From assembly GCA_951406725.2 (NCBI GenBank), contig OX597820.1, forward strand, positions 63,302,001 through 63,366,000: DNA of 64,000 nucleotides, written 5' to 3'. The translations under genes were made by a program, and so were the position numbers. Below the pieces are notes generated by a model that saw only the letters and a program-made list of their open reading frames with translations, was not told where the DNA came from and did not search any database. The stretch is from Octopus vulgaris. Lineage: Eukaryota. Positions 54,257 to 64,000 of this stretch are shown one piece after another. The stretch's first letter is position 1. Every line of letters starts with the position of its first letter.

Positions 54257-56386
54257 CTAAGCATTGTAGTATTTGAAAGTATTAATAAGTTTATGTATAC
54301 AGGATGGTTTGAACTCTGACCTTTTGTTAATAAGATTGTGTTTGTCTTTGAATTTCAAGATGTTCAGGAGTTCTACACAGCATAGTTGGCATCCTGCTCT
54401 ATTATTTAAATAAGGTGCAGCTGATCCGATGATGGACCATCTGAGTTTGAAGCCTATGCATTTGTCTTTTAATTCCCAAATTCTTTTAGAGAGGGAGGTG
54501 CTATTAGCCTTATGTCTGTGTCTCAGCGAGGACCGGTGGTTGTAGTATCTGGATTTCCAGGAGGTTGAGCAACCAATATAGGTGAGTGTGTTAAACTGAG
54601 TACTCACCTCACATGAGTATATTACGTTTTTCGCCCTACATGCGCCCTGCAGCGGGCACTCTGATGCACATCTGCAGTTGCATTGCATTGCATTATTCGG
54701 TCGTGTGCTGCTAATCCCAGGCGGAGGTGTTGCAATACGAGTGGGGGCGTTGGTATCCTCCTGGTTGTTGATGGGTGTAGTATTTCCTCTGTTGTGTTGG
54801 CGGGTGTTATTACTAACTGTTTGGGTAGTATGGCTGTCAGTCTGGTTATATTGTCTACTGTCTAGATGAGGGGGGTTCTGTTGGTCGCTATGGTTTGCTC
54901 TTGATCTAGCTGTTCTAATATTAATATAGTTATGTTTAGCTATGAGGCAGCTCATGTTGGGCAGGGTAGAGTAGGAAATCCTAATAGTTTTGTTGGAGAA
55001 GATACTTCTATACTTGTGGGTGGGTGGGAAGTTGTTGGAAATTATAGAGAATATTCTCTTACATAACTTACCCCTAACTGCTAAGTTGAAAGGTATGTTG
55101 AACCATATATATTTGCGTAATCTACTATTATCCCTTCTATTTCTCCTAATAGGATCTATATTGTTCTCGTCGGGAGGGTTACTATTGTGTGCTGTTCTAT
55201 TAGTTCGCCTATTTCCTATACGTTGTTTGGAGTTTAAATTAGAATTATCGCTAGTGTGAGTTGAGTGCTGAGTTCGATTATAATTGGGAGTCTTATGGCC
55301 GACGGACATTCCCGGGTGGTCTACATATGATATTCTCTGGTTATACCCGGCACTATAGAGAGCCTGGTTGTAGTGTTGTGCATGATTATTGAAAATTTCT
55401 CTATTAGAGGATAGTTTTGTCAGTCTGTCTGAGATGGCTTGGACCGTGGTGCTAATTATACAGGGTGGATGGTTGGAAGAGGTATGGATGTATTTGGTAG
55501 TTTCTTCTGGTTTCCTATACGGGTAGTGAAGGTGCTTATTCAAATCTAACGTAACATCTAAGAAGTTTACTATTTTAGTGTTGGTCATAAATTCTAGTTT
55601 AAGATTGAAGGATTTGAAAAAAAGCCTGATCTTTTTCCTAATTCTTTCTAGTTTACTCCTATTGTTGGTGGGGTATATGAAGAGAGCGTCATCTCTGTAT
55701 AGACCCCCTGAAGATCCGGTACCTCGGAGAAAAGCTTCTTGAGCAGGTAGGCCCCGACCAAGTCAGTCACCTGAGCTGAATCGCTCGAGCCCATAGCCAC
55801 ATCGAAATTGTCGGGGGTATCGGATCTGGTCCAGAGTCTACCGTTGAATTCTATTATGGTTTTTCTAGCTAATAGAATTATGTCAATTTTTTCTCTGTCT
55901 ATGAGTGAAAGGTTGCGGGCAAAAATAAGGGATTTGTTAAGTAAGATGGGGGATATACTGGCGTAGTAGCTAGCTATGTCGAATTGGATGAATGAGTAGT
56001 CGGGCCTATTGGTGATAGTGTTAAACCATTCTAGCACATCCTTGGTGTTAATCCATAGTTGGAGTGGGATGTGGGGTTTGATGTGTGGGATCACCTTGTC
56101 CAGGATGGTCTTGCTAAGTCTGCCGATATCCGATTTAGTCGGACAGATTAATCGTACTCCTACACTATCTGGGAAGTCTTTCTTATGGTCTTTAATAGTA
56201 ATTTTGGGTACTTGTGGTTTAATAGGTTCTGTTCTGTCCAGGAGGTCTAATTTGCTCATAACTTCCTTGATTTTGTAGTTAATTTCCTTAAGGTTATCCT
56301 TAGAAGTAGTTTTATACTTTTTGCTAAGTTCCCTCATGATGAGCGATTTGTAGGTTTGGTAGTCTAGCCTATACCAGTTCCCAGTC
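54257..56386 (-). CDS. Penelope-like RT + GIY-YIG endonuclease polyprotein (5'-truncated; one frameshift in a homopolymer)
   Basis: Motifs QFDIASYYASIS, FDVAMGSSDSAQVTDLVG, GLYRDDAL, NFLDVTLDL, YIHTSSNHPP, CNCR..ECPLQGAC, NVIYSC, YIGC, KSRYYNH, CQLC and NKRSE..CIH. ORFs 55648..56337 and 54257..55588 join if one base is added to the C-run at 55704-55708. Confidence 0.9.
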
Positions 56387-56407
56387 TATATATATATACA
56401 TACATAA

Positions 56408-56955
56408 CTTAGAAAGGTTTTGGCCAGTATTGGCTCAGGCCAAAGCACCACCTGGCGAAGTGTTTCAATTCAGGATTTGGGCACCAAGGCCTATTCGAGA
56501 AGAGAGTTATACTTTCCGGAAACATATCCGAGTGTGGGTGGTTTGTCCGGGACTGTTTGAAAGAATTTATCCAAAGACTTCTTGAATTTTCTGTCGTCAG
56601 TTTCTGTTTTGACGTGTCCTGGTGTAATGTTGAAGAGACCGGGGCCAATTGAGGTGAAATAGTTGTGACGTATTGTTGTTATAAGATGCGATTTAGATTT
56701 ATGTTGTGGACGGATTGTACGAGTGTATTTTGAAGGTGATGCCCACATCATATGGGCAGTACTGATAGAATATTTTCCACCTCATACAAATAATGTAGCG
56801 TTCATTGCGTCGTTGCAGTGAATAGAGTTTCAGCTTTTCTAGTCTACCCTATATTTTTCGTGATTGGTCTTCGGGAAGCTTCAGTTTTCATAATATTTGG
56901 TTTCGTGTAGGGAGACCATAGGGGACAGCAGTATTCAAGGTGTAGTCGGGCAAAA
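56408..56955 (-). mobile_element. 3' fragment of a CR1/Jockey-group LINE
   Basis: [25 protein letters not shown] and GPGLFN...FKKSLDKFFQTVPDKP are typical post-RT C-terminal motifs. Confidence 0.8.
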
Positions 56956-56965
56956 GTAGATTATG

Positions 56966-57015
<50 letters not shown>

Positions 57016-57047
57016 CATATATGCATATATATGTATTTGTATATGTA

Positions 57048-57122
<75 letters not shown>

Positions 57123-57782
57123 GCATATATATATACATATTGTTGTGTTTGGGGCAAGTCATTCACTTTTACTGCCTTATTATTTAACATCACCAGTACC
57201 AAATAAGAAATAGACGTAGTTGGAAATAATATCCCCCATACCCACAGTTTATATATATATATACATAGATAACACAGGTAGAATAGTCTGTGGGCTGTTA
57301 TGTAGATGTATGTATGTGTGTGTGTGTGCTTATATATACGTATGAGTATATGCACATATTTGTAGATAAATGGATATGAATGTAAAAACATAGACATGCA
57401 GATGGATAGGTACATTGGTGATATGAACAGACAAGTACACATATAAACATAGATAAATATATACATACACACATGCATACCACACTTACATGCATACATA
57501 CGTACATGTGTAGGCGCGCACACACTGACCCACTGATATGCGCACAATCAAACAAAAAGAACGTAGCTCTGATAACAGACAGAGACAACGACTATTAAAA
57601 AGGTTACAAGAAGCAACGAAAGCTTTAGGAAAAATACGTAAATAAAACGAGGAAGCTTTACCGGTGAGATTCTTAAATAATAAGGCACTAAAAGAGAAGG
57701 ACTCTACCCAGACACAACAAAATATGCTTCAATAAACGAATTGACATAAAAAATGTTGCAAACCAAATACAAGAACGATGTG

Positions 57783-57821
<39 letters not shown>

Positions 57822-58539
57822 AAGCATATATACATATATAAGCTTTTTCATTGTAGATATGCATTGAGTATAATGCACACAGGCACATTCATGTCATGTT
57901 TGTTTGAGGATGCGTAATCGAGTTAAATAAATTCATATTATTTTACAAGAACATCCAAAAGATAACGGAAGAATTGCCCTGCAAGCTTCCATTTTGACAG
58001 TTTCCATTGATTGTTGTACGAAAGACTATTATATACTGACAGCACACTTTATAAGATAGAAAAAGAAAAAAAAAAACCCTAAAAATATCATCAACAAATC
58101 AGCAAAGAAAATTACAGACTCACGATTGTACGAAACGAAATACCATAGAAGACATACGAAAGCGAGTGTTTGTTTACATGAATATGCGAATGTTCATCCG
58201 TTGGTCTGTGATTTTGTGTGTGCGTGTTCGTGTGTGTGTGGTGTCCGTGTGCATATGCATGTGTGTGTGTATATATATATATATATAAATATATATGCAC
58301 ATATATATATAGTGATGTATATACATATATATATATATATGCATGCATATATATATATATATCTATATATATATATATATATATACATGGATATATATGC
58401 ATGTATATATATATATATGCATGCTTATATATATGCTTATATATATATTATATATACAAAAAATATATATTTGAGTATGTGTCTGTGCGTTTATGTATGT
58501 GTGCGTTTGTGTGTGTGTGTGTTTGTGTGTATGTGTGTG

Positions 58540-58570
<31 letters not shown>

Positions 58571-58926
58571 ATGTGTGTGTGTGTGTTTCTGTTCTTCTGT
58601 ACGGTGTAGAAAACATAAAAAAGCGAAATGTTCTGAATTGTTGTTTAATACGTCTGGATATAACTTAATTGGAAATCTAGTATGAACGACGAAAGTCGTG
58701 GATTTTACGAAATATATTTTCAATGTTTCTAAGGTTAGTGAATGAAATTACTGGTCTCATAAACTTACACAAACACATATATACATAAACACTTTCTCTC
58801 ACACACACACACTGCACGCACATACATATAAAATTTACGAGTATATGTATGTATGTATGTATGTATAGTAATGATAATAATCGTTGATGGAATCTATAAA
58901 TATTTTAATGCGCCGTTGTATGTACG

Positions 58927-58987
<61 letters not shown>

Positions 58988-59009
58988 CATATATTTTTTT
59001 TCTGTTTTT

Positions 59010-59259
59010 TTATTCTTGTTTCAGGCATTTGACTGCGGCCATCATGGAGCACCACCTATATTCGAAAAACTCGACCCCAGGATTTATTCTTTGTAAGCTT
59101 AGTACATATGCTATTGTTCTCTTTTCCAAACCGCTAACTTACACGGACGTAAACACACCAACGTCGTTTGTCAATCGATGGAGAAAGGAGAAATACAGAC
59201 CCATACACAAATACACACACACACGCACAAACACACACATACATACACACATACACACA

Positions 59260-59352
<93 letters not shown>

Positions 59353-59486
59353 GACCAGCTTCTTTCAGTTTACGTCTACCAAATACACTTAAAAGTCTTT
59401 GGTCGAGGCTAGAGCGGAAGACACCTTCCCAAGGTGCCGCGAAGTAGGACTGAACTCGAAACCATGTGGTTGGGAAGCAAGCTTCT
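59010..59486 (-). mobile_element. SINE family A, head cut off at aagcaagcttct
   Basis: Homologous to family A; abuts the next element. Confidence 0.88.
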
Positions 59487-60815
59487 TTATTTTATCAAAT
59501 TAACCATAAAGGCTTTACATAGATGGAATCAAATTCTGGATGGACAATAACACAAATGAAATAAATAATGAGTAAAATAGTGATACTGATGAGGGAAGGA
59601 GACTACGCTTCATCAATTTGTTTCTCTTTTATAATTTTTTTTCTCTTTTATAAAAACAAATTCAGATTATATTTGAACACTATATATATTTGAACAAATT
59701 CAGATTATACACCTCTTACTATAGTTCAATGAGACACAAGGTCCTTACAAATGAGGCCTCTTACTTTTATACCCCGCCGGCGCCCAGACAGGCCCAATGC
59801 TTCATTCAAATACGCTGATTCCGCCATGACGGGATGCTTCAGCCGGGAGTGGAATGCGTTTTCGCGGAAGGAGTTCATTACCTTGAGCAAATCTGTCTCC
59901 GACATGACCTTAGCAGCCACTTGTGGAGGTCATGCAAAGTTCTCAATACAGGCTAGAACCCTCCCCTCCGACCCTCTAGGGTAAAGACTTTCATAAATTC
60001 TTTAATTGCCCCTCCATTGTTGAAGAAGATTACAAATTCCTGCTTCACCCAGTTTTGCTTCTTTTTTTCTTTTGCCATGTGAGGGTGGAATTCTTCCGTT
60101 TTGCCCGGAAGATTTTCCTCCTCCAGCCTTAGGATCCCTCGGTGGGCAACCATTGCCACCCAACTACTTCCCATTTCGGCCCTTTTTCGCTGAGGAGGAA
60201 TACACCTCCTCGACCATCTCCTTCTCTCCATCCGATCTAGGATTGGAGGGGGCCTTCCTCAACTAACACCTCTAGGACCCTACTCTGATCCTGGGGACAG
60301 TTCTTTTTTATATGGCCTGGGTCTAGGCGGAGGTGACACTTGTAGGTGGGGGAGACGCGGCCCTCAAGTATCACTGGATACCCGTTACCAGCCATAGTCA
60401 GAAAATCCTGGAAGACCAGATTCTTAGCTTTGACCCAGCCCCATCAGCCACCGGCAACATTTTTACATTAAGCATCTTGGATCGGCTGCCACCCAGACCC
60501 CAGCGGATAGTATATTCTATCCACTCGGGTTAGATTGCAGGTGGCAACCCGCAGACCCAAACTCTTGTCAACTTCTTCCCACAATATGTAAGAAGAAGCA
60601 GGATATCCTGGCCTTCCAAGGGTTGGCTCGTAAATTTGCGAGACTCCTCAGAAGTGTCAAATAGCAACATCACCGTTACATACTTGGTACCCTTGGAAAT
60701 AATTTTATATTTGTCAGATTGTCAGCCAACGTCTTCTCAATCCCTATGTTTTTGAAGACGGCGATGGTGTGGAGCGACTTTGAATAAGTCCTAAACACCA
60801 CCGTCTCTCTCTTAT
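59487..60815 (-). mobile_element. Decayed ORF1-only L1/Tx1-like element (HAL1-like)
   Basis: Minus strand gives TVVFRTYSK...TRVWVCGLPP...PVILEGR..TYKCHLRLDPGHIKKNCP (degenerate CCHC knuckle), a stop at about 59726, and an AT-rich 3' UTR ending aataaag. No ORF2. Confidence 0.6.
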
Positions 60816-61641
60816 TTCACCTCACTCTCTCTCTCTGTATATACATGCATAATATCTACTAAGATGATCTATCTTGCGTGGACTCATCTTGAAATATTTA
60901 CATAATACTGCCTATATGAAAAAAGAAGACTAAGGTACATTTTATTCCTCTCTATGAATTATGAGTATTGCAGCAAACATCTTAACTGGGTAAGATATAT
61001 TGGTTCAAGACAAATACATCTCAGCTGAAATTCGCCCACTAAAGAGTTTGGTGTAAAAGATATTCTGTCCTCATGATATATTTTATCACCTACATAAATG
61101 AATATGTAAATATGGCCTTCAATATACATAGAATTGAGTACATGTCGGTTCCTTCATTATTTCGAATGTTTTTCTCCGGTTATCTTAAACTTGAAATGAT
61201 CCATGTCTACTTTTGTTTTCATTGTGGAGATTGTTGCTTTGCCTCCAGATCAACATTTACTGGGTACACATTTTGCCTATAAATAACCAAAAATCAATAG
61301 CTTCTTATTTAATATTTTAGTATTTCATTTTAGGTGATCTCATATGGATATTTATATTTAAATTTTAGGATGGCGGGTTGTGATTTGAAGAAAATTTGTT
61401 ATTAGTAAGTGGAGAGACCACTTACAGAGAATAATGCTCTCTGGACTGTGTGTTGATATAATTGTTGATCGTAAGCATGTAAGAAATGACTATCTCGTTT
61501 TATTTGGTCAGAGAAAGAATTGCCCTGCTTTGAGTTTTCGCATCGTAATGGAGTGATGGAGACGCTGTCACGAGATGCACTTTTTCAAACATCGCCAAAA
61601 CTACCTCTCTCCATATCTGATTTATATGATTTCTACCCGTG

Positions 61642-61670
61642 AGAAGAAGAAGAAGAAGAAGAAGAAGAAG

Positions 61671-61701
<31 letters not shown>

Positions 61702-61721
61702 TGAAGAAGAAGAAGAAGAAG
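61642..61721. repeat. (GAA)n microsatellite
   Basis: Seen directly in the sequence. Confidence 0.95.
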
Positions 61722-63111
61722 TCTTCTTTATATATCTACTCCAAAAAGGATAAAAGGTAGAGTTGGCCTAAGCAAGATTTGAACGCAGTAGGTAGAGGGT
61801 TAAAGCAAGTAATATAAAGCATTCTGCCTGCTTGCCTAATGACTGTCAATTAGCTGTCTATGAAAGCGGGAACACATTGTGTGCCATGTATCCTTCCATT
61901 TTATTTTAAAACGGTAGGGTGTCAAGTAAAGGAGATAGATTATTTATGTGTGGAATCATTCAAATTACGTAGAAATTGGTTTAGAAATGCGGTGAAATAT
62001 TTGCACGCCTGTTATTGCAGACTTGGGATTTGTCCATTTGTCCATTTCATGATTAATTTCATCAATGATTCAATATTAGATGTTAACTGTTAGAAATCCA
62101 TTCTAATATACTCATTTACAGCCAGGATATTGCTACTAAAGTGACGAGATATTTATTAATTTTCCTTTCCATCATATTATATAATGGAACAGAAAAAGTT
62201 TTTAATTGAATTTTGAAAATTATTGTTGTTGTTGTTTCTGCTCCAGTTGTTGCTTGTTGTCGTTGTTTTGTTTAGTCACAGGTCAGCCCTGATGAAGCAG
62301 GCCTAAGTCGAAACGATTTCTAACCTTGAAGGTACCTCATTTTTAGAAGAATTTAAGGCTACATTTATTTAGCGTTGCTTCCTACATATTTAAGAGTGAA
62401 AGTGCAGCAATTTGAGACGCATGCATTTATCTGTTAATTTTAAGAAGTTGTGCACCGTTTAAGGGCTTAAATGTGAAATAGATATTGAAGTGCAATATTG
62501 AGAAACAATTGAATTTTACATCACAGGCCGGTCAATATTTAAGTGCGCAGATGCTCAACACAGACTGGGCGACAATATCTGGGTTTTCAATGCATCAAAC
62601 TTTCCATCTCGGCATTGTTGGTGGGGTCAGAAGGAATGCACAACACTTCGTTTGTTATTTATATGCTTGCAGGATTTATTGGAAGATTGTTGGGTAGGAC
62701 ACTGGATTACTTTGAGGGGTAACTTGAGGGATTTACTATAAGGTTAACAGATTGCGTTCTTGTTAAATGGTGGTGAGGTTATTTAAGAACCTATAACTCT
62801 GGACATATGCAATAAGGTTCTTTATCATACCTGAAATAGTGACTGAAGTCACAATTCACTAATTACATAACTTTCAGGACAATATTGTACTTGTCACATC
62901 ATACTGTATGTTGATATCAGGTAGGTTCGCCGTGGTCCAGACTTAATTCATAGAGCATGCAAAAGATCAAAGACATTTAAATAAAGATAATGTGTTTTGC
63001 TTTTTCTGCAAATTTAATATTCTGAGTTTTAAAGGAAAAATGGGTGCTATGTGTAAAAGTTCATTTGAATATTTAGCATGAATATTTCGCTCTCACACAC
63101 ACACACACACA

Positions 63112-63205
<94 letters not shown>

Positions 63206-63257
63206 TACTTGTGTGAGTATGTGTGTGTACTTGGGTGTATGTGTGAGTGTGTGTGTA

Positions 63258-63418
63258 GGCTCCGCGTGGCAATGTGGTAAGAAGCTTGCTTCCCAACGAT
63301 ATGGTTCCGGGTACAGCTACACTGCATAGCACATTGGGCAAGTGTCTTCTACTAGAACCTCGGGCCAACCAAAGACTTGTGATTGGATTTGGTAGAGGTA
63401 AACTGAAAGAAGCCCGTC

Positions 63419-63471
<53 letters not shown>

Positions 63472-63676
63472 CGTGTGTCTATGTTTGTCTCCCTACCATT
63501 ACTTAACAACCGATATTGGTGTGTTAACGTCCCTGTAACTAAGCGGGTTGTTTCGGCAAAAGAAACCGATAGAATAAGTACTAGGCTAACAAAGAATAAG
63601 TACTGGGGTCGATTTGTTCGACTAAAGTCGGTGCTCCAGCATGGCTGCACTCAAATTACTGACAGAAGTAAATAAA

Positions 63677-63678
<2 letters not shown>
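63258..63678 (+). mobile_element. Full-length diverged SINE, family A
   Basis: Homologous to 9284-9707. Confidence 0.88.
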
Positions 63679-63721
<43 letters not shown>

Positions 63722-64000
63722 GATGATCCAAATACCAGAAACTCAGGACTTATAGAACTCAAATGATTTCTGCTCAAGAAAAATTACCCTCTCCTACTTA
63801 TAGAAAGTAGCATACAACGAGCAAAAGAGATACGTATAGAACACCTTAGGGCAACACGAAAAAGACGAACCCATCAAAGGAACACGATACCATTTCTAGT
63901 AACACACAATCCCCATCAGCAAAATACTTTTAACGTCATCAAAACAAATTTGCCAATCGTAAAACAAAGTGAAAAATACATAACTAATCAAACACTTGTC

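Larger units (their letters stand above)
52220..56386 (-). mobile_element. Penelope-like retroelement (probably Hydra clade), 5'-truncated, between (TA)n tracts, with a 2-kb 3' region ending in an HHR-bearing pLTR
   Basis: RT + GIY-YIG ORF, HHR at 52266-52343, and TA repeats at both junctions. Confidence 0.9.

Noticed and set aside
54257-56386. Selenoprotein (Naiad-type) PLE hypothesis
   Set aside because: No in-frame TGA in the reconstructed frame; the only break is a homopolymer frameshift.
58677-58700. Hairpin acgac-gaaa-gtcgt next to CTAG, like a Helitron 3' end
   Set aside because: Stem is short, the required A/T insertion context is not met, and no 5' TC end or other copy was seen.
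62281-62325. CTGATGA...GAAA spacing resembling a hammerhead
   Set aside because: No palindromic stem III or adjacent stem I. The context looks like a diverged copy of an unrelated common repeat.

Overview
AT-rich, microsatellite-dense animal DNA made almost entirely of repeats. The SINE families suggest an octopus (cephalopod) genome; that is inference from recalled repeat sequences. No host protein-coding gene can be supported. The main contents are: a near-complete L1/Tx1-type LINE inserted in a (GATA)n tract (20.76-25.35 kb); a young Penelope-like element (PLE: RT + GIY-YIG) between (TA)n tracts (52.2-56.4 kb); a decayed relative with an inverted pLTR (39.2-42.0 kb); further PLE fragments; an ORF1-only Tx1-like element; mariner/Tc1 and hAT remnants; and about 25 SINE copies from three families. 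The most striking signal is a set of about 15 small type-I hammerhead-ribozyme (HHR)-like motifs from several PLE/retrozyme-like families, most beside (TA)n tracts. Most have a palindromic stem III. Across families they show compensatory swaps of the catalytic 3-8 pair (C-G, U-A, G-C), and two PLEs carry greatly enlarged stem II inserts. One SINE family shares its 3' tail with the Tx1 LINE, and two different elements end at the same site in another SINE's tRNA head.
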